From: Squalus acanthias
Taxonomy: Eukaryota
NCBI GenBank assembly: GCA_030390025.1
Contig: CM059432.1
Coordinates: 132,124,001 to 132,188,000 of the forward strand
Reading direction: 5' to 3'
Length of the DNA stretch: 64,000 nucleotides
Shown one piece after another: positions 23,757-36,886 of the stretch. The translations under genes and the position numbers were made by a program. The stretch's first letter is position 1. Every line of letters begins with the position of its first letter. The notes under the pieces are model-generated. The model was given only the letters and a program-made list of their open reading frames with translations, made no database searches and was not told the DNA's origin.

Positions 23757-24382
23757 CAACAACTTGCATTTATATAGCGCCTTTAACAGAGTAAAACGTC
23801 CCAGGTGCATCACAGGAATGTTATTAAACAAAATTTGACACCGAGTTGATATTAGGACAGGTGACCAAAGCTTGGTAAAACAGGTAGGTTTTAAGGAGCG
23901 TCTTAAAGGAGGAGAGTGAGTTAGTGAGGCTTAGGAAGGGAATTCCAGGGCCCAGGCAGCTGAAGGCACGGCCGCCAATGGTGGAGCAATGAAAATCGTA
24001 GCTGCACAAGAGGGCAGAATTGGAGGAGCGCAGAGATCTCTGAGGGTTGTAGGGCTGGAGGAGGTTACAGAGACGGAGAGGCGAGGCCATGGACAGATTT
24101 GAAAACCAGAAAGAGCATTTTAATATCGAGGTGTTGCCGGCCCGGGAGCCAGTGTAGGTCAGTGAGCACGGTGGGGTGGGTGAACGGAACTTGGTGCGAG
24201 TTAGGATATGGGCAGTAGAGTTTTGGATGAGTTCTAAATATATGGAGAGTTCAAGGTGGGAGGCCGGCCAGGAGAGCATTGGAATAGTCCAGTCTGGTGG
24301 TAGCAAAGGCATGGATAAGGGTTTCAGCAGTAGGTGAGCTGAGGCAGGGGCGGAGACGGGCGATGTAACAGAGGTGGAAGTA
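23757..24382 (-). mobile_element. L2 LINE 3' portion
   Basis: ORF 23824..24312(-): LELIQNSTAHILTRTK...LCNLLQPYNPQRSLRSS...GGRAFS...SFKTLLKTYLF. Tail AACTTGCATTTATATAGCGCCTTT. Confidence 0.88.
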
Positions 24383-25254
24383 GACCACTTCTCTCAATCG
24401 CTTTTATTTTTTATATCGTGGGTGTTTTGAGGTCGATGTAACTTGAACACTGAAGCGTTTTCCTTCTCTGATCTGCAGTTGGTCATTTGTGGTTCCTGAT
24501 ACAGGACTGTCTCCATTAGTTTTTTCTTAAGTGAACTCCATGGGTTCCAGGACACACACTAATGTCTGAAAACAGAGACCAATCAAAAACAAACCATTGC
24601 TTTCACCTAATGACGTCTCTAGATGTACTGAAGCAGTTTAAGTTACACCCTACTGCTGTGTCTAGATAGATATGTCTCCTTCACAGGACAGAGCGCCTAT
24701 TTCTTCAAGTGGCATGGGTGGTGCTTCTGCTCTTTCAGGATCTGATTTGCAGTCCAGTATCTTTCAAACAGACTTGTCCGTAATATGATAGACCAGAACA
24801 TTGAGTTATTCGCACCCCACTCTATTTTTCTGGACATGCTCCAGATTTTGCTTTAGTATTGACATTGCCAGATTACCCCATCTATATGGCTTTTAGCAGA
24901 ATTACAGACAATAAGTAGTAGAATTCGAGTAGGAGCCACATTCCCAAGCAAAGGGGACATTACATACAAGCGTTGCCTGGAAAGACTCTGGTCACTTTTT
25001 GTAACAATCGAGTAATTTTATTTCAGGACTTGCAGACTACAGCTTGATGATTTCTTTTTGGGGAGGAATGTTTTGATATGCTTTCACTCTGATTCTGAGA
25101 ATTCTATAGAAGCTTAGAAGAGAGGGAAACTCTTAGTAGCTGAGGAAGCATGATTCTAAGACACACAAAACTACCCATCGACCTCTTGCGGTCTGCCAGC
25201 AACAATTGTTCTTCCATCTTGAATTCCTCAAGAAGTAAAGATATTTGCTCTCGG

Positions 25255-26015
25255 ATAGGACATATAAACTAAATGGTACAGTCCTGAAGCGGGTGCACGA
25301 AGAGAGAGACCTGGGGGTATGTGTGCACAAATCGTTGAAGGTGGCAGGACAGGTTGAGAAAGCAGTTAAAAAGGCTTACGGGATCCTGGGCTTCATTAAT
25401 AGAGGTATAGAGTAAAAAGTGTGGAAATTATGATGAACCTGTATAAAACACTGGTTCGCCCCCAACTGGAGTATTGTGTCCAATTCTGGGCACCACACTT
25501 TAGGAAGGATGTGAAGGCCTTAGAGAGGGTGCAGAAAAGATTTACGAGAATGATTTCAGGGATGAGGGACTTCAGTTACGTGGATAGACTGGAGAAGCTG
25601 GAGTTGTTCTCCTTGGAGCAGAGAAGATTGAGAGGAGATTTGATCGAGATGTTCAAAATCATGAGGGGTCTGGACAGAGTAGATAGAGAGAAACTGTTCC
25701 CATTGGCGGAAGGGTCGAGAACCAGAGGACACAAATTTAAGGTGATTGGCAAAAGAACCAAAGGCACGACGTAAGAAAAAAACATTTTATGCAGCAAGTG
25801 ATTATGATCTGGAATGCACTGCCTGAAAGGGTGGTGGAGGCAGATTCAATCACAGTTTTCAAAAGGGAGTTGGATAAGTATATGAAGGAAAGAAATTTGC
25901 AGGGCTACGGGAAAGGGCGGGGGAGTGGGACTAGCTGAAGTGCTCTTGCAGAGAGCCGGAAAGGGCTCGACAGGCCAAATGGCCTCCTTCTGTGCTGTAA
26001 CCATTCTATGATTCT
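25255..26015 (+). mobile_element. CR1 (HER1-like) LINE 3' portion
   Basis: ORF 25421..25774: LYKTLVRPQLEYCVQFWAPHFRKDVKALERVQKRFTRMI...RRLRGDLIE...TRGH. Tail GGCCAAATGGCCTCCTTCTGTGCTGTAACCATTCTATGATTCT. Confidence 0.92.
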
Positions 26016-26029
26016 CGAGTAGACACATT

Positions 26030-27966
26030 CGTGTGAGGGGGAAAGGAAGGGCATCCTGGAGCTCCCTGGATGACTAAAGATATAGAGGCTAAAATGAGAC
26101 ACAAAAAGGAGGCTAATGACAATAGCAAGGTTCATAATACAGTAGAGAACCAAGCTGAATACAGAAAGTACAGAGGAGATCTAAAAAAGGAAATAAGAGT
26201 GTGTGAGAATAGATTAGCAGGTAACATTAAAGGGAACCCAAAAGTCTCTTATTAATGCATAAATAGTAGAAGGGTGGGGCCAGAAAGGAGACCTCCTTGT
26301 GGAGGCAGTGGACATGGCTGAGCTACTAAATGAGTACTTTGCATCTGTCTTCACTAAAGAAGAGGATGCTGCCAATGTAGCAGTAAAGGAGGAGGCAGTA
26401 GCGATATTGGATAGGATAAAAACAGATAGAGGATGTACTTAAAAGGTTGGCCGTTCTCAAAGTAGAAAAGTCACCCGATCAGATGGAATGCATCCTAGGT
26501 TACTGAGGGAAGTACGGGTGGAAATTGCGGAGGCTCAGGCCACAATCATCCTTGGATATGGGGGTTGTGCTGGAGGATTGCAAAAATGTTCCACACCTGA
26601 TTTTTTTTAAAAGGGGGGAGAGGGATAAACCTGGCAACTACAGGCCAGTCAGCCTAACCTCAGTGGTGGAGAAACTTTGAGACAATCCGGGACAAAATTA
26701 ATTGCCATTTGGAAAAGTACGGGCTAATAAAAGAAAGTCAGCATGGCTTTGTTAAAGGCAAATTGTGTTTGACTAACTTGATTGAGCTCTTTGATGAAGT
26801 AACGGAATGGGTTGATGAGGGTAGTGCGGTGGATGTTGTGTATATGGACTTTCAAAAGGCATTTGACAAAGAGCCACATAATAGACTTGTTTGCAAAATT
26901 AAAGCCCATGGCATTAAAGGGGTAGTGGCAGCATTGATACAAAATTGGCTAAGGGACAGCAAGCTGAGAGTGGTGGTGAACGGTTATTTTACAGACTGGA
27001 GGGAAGGGTTTCCCAGGGGTTTTAGGACGACTGCACTTTTTGATATATATTAATGATCTGGACTTGGGTAATCAGGGCATAATTTAAAATTTTGCAGATA
27101 ATACGACACTTGGAAATGTAGGAGGATAGTAACAGACTTCAGGAGGACAGAAACAAACTGGTAAAATGGGCAGACACGTGGCAGATGAAATTGTAGCAGA
27201 GAAGTGTGAAGTGATAGATTTTGGTAGGAAGAATGAGGAGAGGCAATATGAACTAAATGGTACAATTTTAAAGGGGGTGCAGGAACAGAGAGACCTGGGG
27301 GTGTTTGTGCACAAATCTTTGTAGGTGGCAGGACAAGTTGAGAAGGCTGTTTAAAAAGCGCATGGGATCCTTGGCTTTATTAATAGAGGAATAGAGTACA
27401 AAAGCAAGGAAGTTATGCTAAACATTATGAAACACTGGTTAGGCCTCAGCTGGAGTATTTTCAATTCTGGGCACCACACTTTAGGAAGTATTTCAATGCT
27501 TTGGAGAGGGTGCAGAAGAGATTTACTAGAATGGTACTAGGGATCAGGGACTTCCGTTATGTGGAGAGACTGGAGAAGCTGAGGTTTTTTTCCTTAGAGC
27601 AGGGAAGGTTGAGAGGAGATTTGATAGTGGTGTTCAAAATCATGACTGGTTTTGTTAGAGTAAATAAGGGTCCGTAACCAGAGGACACAGATTTAAGGTG
27701 ATTGGCAAAAGAACCCGAGGCGACATGAGGAAACACTTTTTTACACAGCGAGTTGTTGTGGTCTGGAATGCCCTGCCAGACGGGGTGGTGGAAGCAGATC
27801 CAATCATAACATTCAAAAGAGAATTGGATAAATACTTGAAGGGAAAAAATGTACAGGGCTATGGGGAAAGAGCAGTGGGGTGGAACTAATTGGATAGCTC
27901 TACCAAAGAGCCGGCACAGGCAGGATGGGCCGAATGGCCTGCTTCTGTGCTGTATCATTCTATGAT
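26030..27966 (+). mobile_element. CR1 (HER1-like) LINE, decayed ORF2 RT region to 3' tail
   Basis: ORF 26709..27053: SQHGFVKGKLCLTNLIELFDEVT...VDVVYMDFQKAFDK. Tail GGGCCGAATGGCCTGCTTCTGTGCTGTATCATTCTATGATT. Confidence 0.92.
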
Positions 27967-30900
27967 TGTAGCTATCCATTCCCAGTTGATGGGAAATCTA
28001 CAGGGGAGCACCTGTTGTGCTGAGGTTATTGGAATACCAGGCTTCTTTTTGCAACCTTCAGTGCCATTGTCTGATTTTTATTTATCTCCATCGATCTTTG
28101 TATGCTCATATTTAGCCTGTCACTTATTGAGATCTTCATTGTCTCATGCTTAAGATAATTTTTCAGTTTCAACACATTATAGCAATAGGTTTCAGGCAGT
28201 TAGATTGGGCTGGTCTTACACCTCCTCCAGAATTTTTACTTCAAATGAGTTGTATCTTCCTCGAGACATTTTTGGTGCTAAAATGGTTTCTGCCACCACA
28301 TTCTTCTGAGATCAAACAGAGACCTCATTGTGCAGATTGCTTCGGAGCCCTGGCAAACTGTATCAATAGGACTAAACATTTATGTAAATCTAGACGTTTC
28401 ATTTGATGAAACCTTAGGCAAACCTATCGCTATAAAATATGTTACCATAAGGATTGTGGAATGTATATATTTATTTCAACTGGGCAGTCAACCGCCCAAA
28501 GAGTGAAAAGTCATTTCACACTCGTTATGGCCATTTTATGAACCGATGCTATGGCCATTGTTATGTCACCTTGCTCTCATTTGTAAGATGGCCACATGGA
28601 ACAAAGCTCATGTTTTCACTTAATATTGTTTTGAACTTTTTACTCTAGTGAAGATGTTCTTTTTGACACATTAGTTCTCAACGCAGTTCTTTATTAACTG
28701 ATAGATTGCTTACTTTTGATACTATAGCATAATCTTTAAAATATCATAAGAAATACATTACAAAAGATAACTTTAGTTTTAGTTTGTCCTACCTTATCTG
28801 GATTAAAAACCGAGAATAAACTGCAATCAAAGAACAAGACGATGCAGAAGATGAGTCCTGTAACTTCCCTGTGCGCAGAAAAATGCAAAACCTGTATCGC
28901 ATTTCAATCAAATTAATGTGGTAAACAAACACAGCAGTGGTGAAGATGCTGTTTTTTATTCGGTGCATTCGAAGTTCATCATCCAACATGACACACACAT
29001 GTTTGTTTCTTTTAAACTTTATCTGAAATTGTGCCCATGTACTTGAGAAATGAGAATGTGAGAAAATCTTCTTTCGGCAATCCCAAGGGATAATCTATCG
29101 TTTTATTTAAATTAAGGCTATTTAACATGTAAACAATTACGCGACTAAAATCTCAGTAAGCCTTTTACCCCGGCGCCATTCCTATAAACATGAGAAACCC
29201 TTCATATAACTTCTGTGAGGAAAATAAACTTAAGAGCCAGTAATTTAGCAGAGCTATCGTGATTGCACTAAATGTGCTCTGTCTGATGCCATCAGCGTAC
29301 TCTCTCGAAATGTTTAGCTGTGAAGAACAATCCTGTTGTTGAGACCAACCTCGACATAGGGGATGGTGTTCCTTGACTAAAGCTTTTGGCTGCTTTGTAA
29401 ATCGCGTGCTTCAGGTCGTGCTGCAAGATCTCCTCACTGAAAACTGTCTGCGTTATCAGTTTGAAAATTCCAGACCGTTTTAAATGAAGCAAAACTCACA
29501 GGACTGCACTGACAGCTGCCTGAATCATGAAGTGACCTGGCACTGCTACAGTAAATCCGGACTCTCACCACTTGCTGGTTGTAGGTAGGAATCCAGCGAG
29601 TGGCTGACATCACTTACTGTCCCCAGTGTGAGGAATTTAATCAGCCCCAAGTGGAGAAAACACTTTTTTTAATGAAAAAGATGCAAGCAATGGAAAGTCA
29701 TTAATCATAGACTGAGCCCATGTTTCCACCCAGTTGTGATCTGCCCTGTTTTTTCTCAACTTGTGCAGCAGAAAAATGTGGACATAATTGTACGTCTGAC
29801 TAGCTGTGGGGAAGGCTTCTGCCTAAATATTGAGCTAAAAGGAAATACTGTTAGGGGGGGGGGGAAAAAAAACAAGAAATCAGCCCTCGACTTAATCTCA
29901 TGGCTAACCTATTTCTGATGAGTTGAACCCCACGATAAACATCCCCTCCCCTTTCATTATTACCTAATTGTAGCACAACCAGTATTTACTGTTTTAACAA
30001 GGATGCTAGCATAAAACAAATGGTTTGGTGAAAGGGTTAATGCCTCTGTGGGTTGATGAGCTGTCACTTAACATTTTTTAAATACCTTGAACATAATTGT
30101 AGCTGTTTGAGGGGCTTTCGTTGAGCAGCATGCAGCTTGTTAGAAGCAGATCCGGCCATTTAATGTGTGGCATAAAATTTTATGAGCAGGAAGTAAACCA
30201 GAAACTATTTTATTGGTACCACTTTTGTAGCATTTACTATCAGTGGAATCTCAAAGCAAACAGCTTCTTGTTTGGCTTAATGAGGCATCCAGTGGGGGGT
30301 GTGTGTGGAAATGCAACACAAAGTAATATATTATCGATTAATGACATGATGGTAAATACATCTGTAGTGATCCTAATTAAAGTTTCATTAGTGTGCAGAG
30401 AAGACAAAACAATCTGTTAGAAGGGTCATGTAGTTAACGTGTGCAAAAACCTTAATGGGAATATCCCTGTAGGCACCAAAATCCTTTTATCCAGTTGTCC
30501 CCGTTACGTAACAGTTGTCTAAGATTTGAATTGCTGCCTGAGCTTGTATAAAAGGATCACTCTATTAACAGAGTGTCCATTTACTGGCAAGCCCTGTCTA
30601 AATGAGTGCAGACAAAATTGTATGGGGCTGTAGGAATTGATAAAATGGCATTCAAAGTGTATGGTGTAGGTAGATCACTGGTTATGCACCTTACCTGTTT
30701 CAGAGCTGTTACTGAGGAAGTTTGATCTGGATCGACAGCTAGTTAAATTAGTTACAGGTGTAAACTGGCTGCTTAATTTGATCTACCTGGGATGTGTGCT
30801 ACTGAGTTGATAAAAGAAGCAGAACATGATTATCCTGGGATCATGCCATGCAATGTAGGGACTCGGTAGGGGGCAATGCCAGCAGAGCCTGTTTTTGGCT

Positions 30901-31140
30901 TGACTTTCTAGTGGAGATGCTGACCTAGAAGAGTGTCTTCCTTCAGTTATAACCACTTGGCATTGCATTTTGCACCAGCAGCTGTTGTGTGAGAAGTTCC
31001 AAGAACCAGGAGGCCACCCGTGAGCAGGCGTAGAAGGGAGCTTCACTCCCCTCTTTACTGGCTGCTCTTCTGTTGGTGCTGCCCCCACTCACCATGTTCC
31101 CGCTGTTCCTGGCTCTGCAGAAAATGCTGGGCCCAGCCCC

Positions 31141-31243
31141 GTCTCCCTCCTTCCCTTCCCTCCCTTCCCTTCCCTCCCTCCCTTCCCTTCCTTCCCTCCC
31201 TTCCTTCCCTCCTTCCCTTCCCTCCTTCCCTTCCCTCTTTCTT
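31141..31243. repeat. (CCTT/CCCT)n polypyrimidine microsatellite
   Basis: About 100 bp of C/T-only CCTTC-type repeats. Confidence 0.9.
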
Positions 31244-31639
31244 TTAATCCCCCGATCCCTACACCTCATCCAAACCAGCCTCACATATCTCCAGCTCCAA
31301 TTCTGCCTGTCCGTCACACCCCGACTCCTGGCTGTTTCTCCACCAGCCGGTCCTGTTTCTAGTTACCCCTAAGTGGGAGCCGGCTCTCTGTGGTGGGGTG
31401 GGGAGCGACTGCTGCTGTGGCATAAATTTAAAGGCCACGTTCTCCTGGGCTTCTAACAGCAGTGCCCGCAAGATTCGTGCCCCATTCCGGGAGGCTCTCG
31501 GAGAGTTGGCAATCCTAGATCGTATCTCGTAGCTTGGCATTGATGAACAACTTTAGCTCTCCTCGTGCTTTTGAAATTTTTATTTGCTCACGGTCTGCTA
31601 CTCATATTTCAAGAGGTCACATGAAAGCCATTACAACCC

Positions 31640-32035
31640 TCTGTAAACTTAAGTTCATCGAAAACTTGTATGCCTGTATTCCAACTCTCATCAAGTCACG
31701 TTCACCCATTTCCTCTGTACTCGCTGACCCACATTGGCTCCCAATCCGGCAACCCCTCAGATTTAAAATTCTCACCCTTGTTTTCAAATCCCTCCATGGC
31801 CTCGCCCCTCCCTATCTCTGTAATCTCCTCCAGCCCAACAACCCTCCAAGAACTCTGCGCTCCTCCAATTCTGGCCTCATGTGTATCCCCGATATCCTTC
31901 ACCCCACCATTGGTGGCCGTGTCTTTAGCTGTCTGTTGGCTCTGTGTCAAATTTTGTCTGATAACGCTCTTGTGAAGTGCCTTGGGACATTTTACTATGT
32001 TTTTAAAAAAAAGCTATATAAATGCAAATTATTGT
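31640..32035 (+). mobile_element. L2 LINE 3' portion
   Basis: ORF 31534..32097 includes SRSPISSVLADPHWLPIRQPLRFKILTLVFKSLHGLAPPYLCNLL. Tail GCTATATAAATGCAAATT. Confidence 0.85.
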
Positions 32036-32299
32036 CAGCTACCTCTGTGGGAAGTTCAGTTGGTGAGCAGCGTAGTGTTGAAAAATTAAACTATTAGCGT
32101 GGCATTTTTGTCAAAAAACTGATGCTGAAATGCCTAAACACTATCAAAGTTGAAACAAGTAGAAGACGCAGTAAATCAAAAGTAGTGATTGGGTGACTTC
32201 AGGCTTGGGATTTAAAAGCCTTTAGATTGTCAAAGGAGCCATTCTGGTGTTCCAGTCTTCCCTGCGCAATCTCTCGTTAGATCCAACTGAACTTGAGTC

Positions 32300-32757
32300 A
32301 GAATAATACCCGGACTTCAAGGGTTAAGTTACGAGGAGAGATTAAACAAATTAGGGTTGTATTCCCTAGAATTTAGCAGGTTAAGGGGTGATTGGATCGA
32401 AGTTTTCAAGATATTAAGGGGAACTGAGAGGGTAGATCGAGAGAAACTATTTCCGCTGGTTGGGGATTCTAGGATTAGGGGGGCATAAAATGAGAGCCAG
32501 ACCTTTCAGGAGTGAAATTAGGCAACACTTCTACACACAAAAGGTGGTAGAAGTTTAGAAAACTCTTCCGCAAACGGCAACTGATGCTAGGTCAATTGTT
32601 AATTTTAAATCTGAAATTGATCGCTTTTTGTTCACTAAAGGTATTAAGGGATATGGGGCAAAGGTGGGTATATGCAGTTAGGTCGCAGATCAGCCATGAT
32701 CTCACTGAATGGCGGAACAGGCTTGAGGGGCTCAATGGCCTCCTCCCGTTCCTATGT
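32300..32757 (+). mobile_element. CR1 LINE 3' portion (family also at 60825-61268)
   Basis: GGGTTAAGTTACGAGGAGAGATTA...TTCTACACACAAAAGGTGGTAG...AATGGCCTCCTCCCGTTCCTATG. Confidence 0.85.
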
Positions 32758-33199
32758 TGAGTCCCAAAATTCCATGGGGCCATTTACACCGTAAACTACT
32801 GGGTCCGCTTCTTTAAATTTCCATTGAAAGTTCAGCACACCCCCACGTCATACGTGTGCGTGTGTGCGGTGGGGTGCATGGAAATTGGGAGCTCAACCAA
32901 AAATGGCTGAAGATTGCAGCAGGTAAATAGGAGAGGGTTTGTTTTTTAAGCTCAGTGAGTTGACAGACAGCTAGTTGTAATGGATGGCTCGTGTGTGATT
33001 TTGTGACACTTTTAAAGCTTGTCTTCTAGTGAAGGACCTGGCAGAGACCCTTAAATAAACAGAGCAGGACATTGCAAGGAGGTAAAGAAGAGGAGCACAC
33101 CAACTTTAATTGGACCAAACTTCAGACACTCCTGGATGAGGTGCAGCAAAGGAAAGAAAGAGTGCTGGGTGCATATGGGAGGAAAACACAAGGGGGGAG

Positions 33200-34125
33200 A
33201 AAGAACAGAGAGTAGTGGTGTACGGTTGGTTTTCAGACTGGAGGTGTCCCCCAGGAGCCGGTATTAGGACCACTGCTCTATTTGATGTATATTAATGACC
33301 TGGATTTGAGTATGCAGAGCATAATTTCAAAGTTTGCAGATGACACGAAACTCGGAAATGTAGCAAACAGTGAGGAGGGTAGTAACAGAATTCAGGAGGA
33401 CGTCGAAAGACTGGTGAAATGGGCAGGCATGTGGCAGATGCAGTTTAACACAGAGGTATGAATTGCTTCATTTTAGAAGGAAGAATGAGAGGCAATATAA
33501 ACAAAATGGTACGATTTTAAAGAGGGTATAGGAACAGAAAGACCTGGAGGTTCACATACACAAATCTTTGAAGGTGGCAGAACAAGCTGATAAGACTATT
33601 GAAAAAGCCATATGAGATCCTTGGCTTTATAAATAGAGGCATAGGGTACAAAAGCAAGGAAGTTGTGCTAAACCTTTATAAATCACTAGTTAGGCCTCAG
33701 TTGGACTGTTCTGTCCAATTCTTGGTCCCACACTTTAAGAAGGATGTCAAGGCCTTGGAAAGGTTGCAGAGGAGATTTACTAGAATGATACGAGGGATGA
33801 GGGAATTCAGTTACATGGAGAGACTAGAAAAACTGGGATTATGTGAATTTAAAGTATCAAGGTTTTAAAGCAATAATAAGCTTGGTAATTCTTATTTGAT
33901 GTCTAATTGGACATATTTTCCTTGGAGCAGAGACAGTTAAGGGGAGATTTAATAGAAGTGTTAAAAATTATAAAAGGGTTTTGATAGAGTAAATAGGGAG
34001 ATACTGTTTCCACTGGCAGGAGGGTTGGTAACCAGAGGACACAGATGTAAAATAATTGGCAAAAGAACCAGGTGAGAGATGAGAATTTTATTTACACAAT
34101 GAGTTGCTATGATCTGGAATGCCAA
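33200..34125 (+). mobile_element. CR1 (HER1-like) RT fragment
   Basis: AAGTTTGCAGATGACACG (KFADDT). ORF 33599..33868: LYKSLVRPQLD...LERLQRRFTRMI. Confidence 0.88.
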
Positions 34126-34569
34126 TTAATATATGGTAATGAATGCCGTGACATCGGCGACTATACACACACACGCGCACAGAGTTACGGGGTGGAAACG
34201 CGTCCAGCCCCAGAATCCACCTGCAAAATTGCCAGTACGCTGATAGAAGCTCGCCAATAATGGCGAGTTAATTCAGAGCAATGGTTTCTTACGATATATT
34301 TTCTATAAAAAAACAAATTGTGCTGCTGGCTCTTATTTTGACCTACATTGTTGGACCTACAATCATTGCATTAAGTTCGCCAACTTGTAGTCTACCTAAA
34401 ATTGCCATAAGTTTCATTTTGTCTCCAAAATTTTACCTGTAGTACGTTTCTTTGTTAGGAACTTCACTGTCGAGGCAGTTCTGATTGGTAATAAAACCCA
34501 TCACCAAAGCATCTTTTATCTGTGATTCGGAACCTTTTTTTATACTGGGCCCCAACACACACAATTCAT

Positions 34570-35107
34570 GGGCCCTGAATTTGTGGTCGGAGGCTTCCCG
34601 CGGGGAAATGCCTCCGATCGGCAAATAAAATGCCCGCGTACCTGAGGCCTCGGGGTCCACGGAGAGTCACGGTCCTGGCTCACGTATCTCGGGCGCAGGC
34701 GGTTACGCAAGCGCCCCTGGGATCACGTGGGCCTGACGAACGAATGACAGAAGGGAATCCCCATTCATGCTTATGGGGATTCCGTTTTTAAATATGTAAA
34801 TTATTGATAATTTTATTTTCCTGTTTTTTTTTTAAAACTCTTACGCTGGTAAAAGCAGGTCTTACTTTTACCAGGCGTAAGAATTTCACGGGCATTCGCT
34901 GGGCAGAAGTTGGGCAAATAGCCCAACTCTCTGCCTGCGGAGGCCCTTCTCCCGGGGATGGCTACGATCTGTCAAGAGAATTCTCGACAGATCGCAAGCT
35001 CTGGGTTTTAGCGCATGCGCAGCGCATGCCTAAACCCAGTACCTGCGCGGCCCTTACCGGTGCGTGCGCACCTCGTGCGTACCCGTAGGGGCCTCCAATC
35101 ACAACCC
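34570..35107. mobile_element. Non-autonomous DNA transposon (PIF/Harbinger/ISL2EU-like MITE)
   Basis: AT|GGG...CCC|AT. Subterminal inverted match TTGTGGTCGGAGGC vs GCCTCCAATCACAA. Shares CCCCTGGGATCACGTGGGCC and GGCTTCCCG with 57488-58241. Confidence 0.6.
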
Positions 35108-35914
35108 ATGGACTTGTGCCAATTTGCTTCAGATCATTGATGCTGCCACCTTCTGCAATGGGGGGTAAAAGGCATTAAAGGGTGTGGGTCTCCTCCTTTA
35201 GCTGGAAGACTTCGGTCTATTTTTTTCAGATGCAACAATTGTAACATCATCCTTGCAAATTTCACTCCGTACAGAACGGCCTGAAAATCCTTAATTTATC
35301 CCAGTAATTACAGCCTAATGTCAAACCTTTACGCCCAAAAATAAATCTGATAAATTGATACTTAATGGCACAGTCGGTCTAACCACCATTTCCTCCCAGC
35401 ACGTACTGACAACATTATAAACTTCCCCTGACATCACAAAATGTTAGTTTCGCACTCACGTTGGGGACTGGTACAAAATTTTGCTGAGGTGATTACTAAC
35501 TTTTGTTTCTATTGCCTGTAAATTCATCTGAACAGAATATGTTCGCCTGCTGTTGGTCTGGTGGCTTTTCTGTCTTCAAATTGACACGGAGCGCTCGCTG
35601 GTCCCAGATCTCACTGCTCACCAAAATTGTTGACATCCACCTTCCACTCGGATGGATCTAATGAGATATCTCCGCTGTGCACTTTAGAGAGATTGAAGCA
35701 AGTAGTCCAACAAAGGAACAGGAGGAGGCCATTCAGCCCCTCGAGCCTGTTCCGCCATTCATGGCTGATCTGTATCTTAACTCCATCTACCCACTTTGGT
35801 CCGATATCCCTCAACCCCTTGCCTAACAAAAATCTTCATCAATCTCATCTTTGAAATTTTCAACTGACCTAGCCTGAATAGCTTCCGTTTCAGATTTCCA
35901 CTAGCCTTTCTGTG

Positions 35915-36365
35915 AAGTTTTTTATTATTCATTCATGGGATGCGGGCGTCGCTGGCAAGGCCAGCATTTATTGCCCATCCCTAATTGCAACCCCCCCCCC
36001 CCCACCACCACAGTGTTGTAACTTGCACTTTCATTTGACCATTTATTTGTCCTGCACATGCTTTTGCCACCAAACCCTGCCGCCTTGTGAACCACTGCAG
36101 TCCTTGTGGTGAAGGAGCTCCCATAGTGCTGTTAGGGAGGGCGTTCCAGGATTTTGACCCTGTGTCGATGAAGTAATGGCAATCTATTTCCAAGTCAGGA
36201 TGGTGTGTGACTTAGAGGTGATGGTGCTCCCATGCGCCTGCTGCCCTTGCTCCTCTAGGTGGTAGAGGTTGCATGTTTGGGAGGTGCTGTCGAAGAAGCC
36301 TTGGCAAGTTGCTGCGGTGCATCTTGTAGATGGCACACACTGCAGTCACGTTGCGTCTGTGGCAG
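35915..36365 (-). mobile_element. CR1-group LINE (family A) 3' fragment
   Basis: GCTGGCAAGGCCAGCATTTATTGCCCATCCCTAATTG and the GSKSWNALPNS translation. Confidence 0.85.
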
Positions 36366-36769
36366 TGTGTGCTATCTGCAAGTGCTTCTTGACATCACCC
36401 CTGAATGGCCTACCTCTAATTTTAAAGTTATGGCCCCCTTAATCTGGACTTAACCCCCCCCCCCCAAAAAGAAATAGTTTCTCTCTTTGTACCCTATCAA
36501 ATCTTAATGGTGTTATCACTAGCGGTCTAACCTCCTGCACTGAGCTGCCATCGAAAGCCACTGGTTCAGGATCCTGCCTGTGGCTTGATTCCACCTGGTT
36601 TGTCATTTTGTAGTCTTGCCTGGTGTAGCACTACTTACTGACAGATTGTCATGATACTTCCAACTCCATTTCTTAAACTCGCTGCACATCCCTTAGTTTG
36701 AGAACCACTCATGTTAGCTAATTTGGTAGTTTAAATGCATCTATTTCAGTTTGGGCATTCAAACACAAC

Positions 36770-36886
36770 GGGGTAAAAATTCCCACGGGGGGTCTCCTGC
36801 TGTAACTTCGCAAGATCGGTAGAAATTAGGTTGTTTCTCCGATGATACAGCCGGAGATCGGGAGAAGCCCTGCGAAATGTTACCCC
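36770..36886. mobile_element. Short (117 bp) MITE-like element
   Basis: Imperfect TIRs GGGGTAAAAATTC / GAAATGTTACCCC (11/13 match). Confidence 0.5.

Noticed and set aside
29914..29940. CTGATGAG... as a further hammerhead
   Set aside because: No GAAA after a convincing stem II, and no stem I or III.
30943..31372. ORFs with GREGRE / PSLPSL repeats
   Set aside because: They are translations of the (CCTT)n microsatellite.
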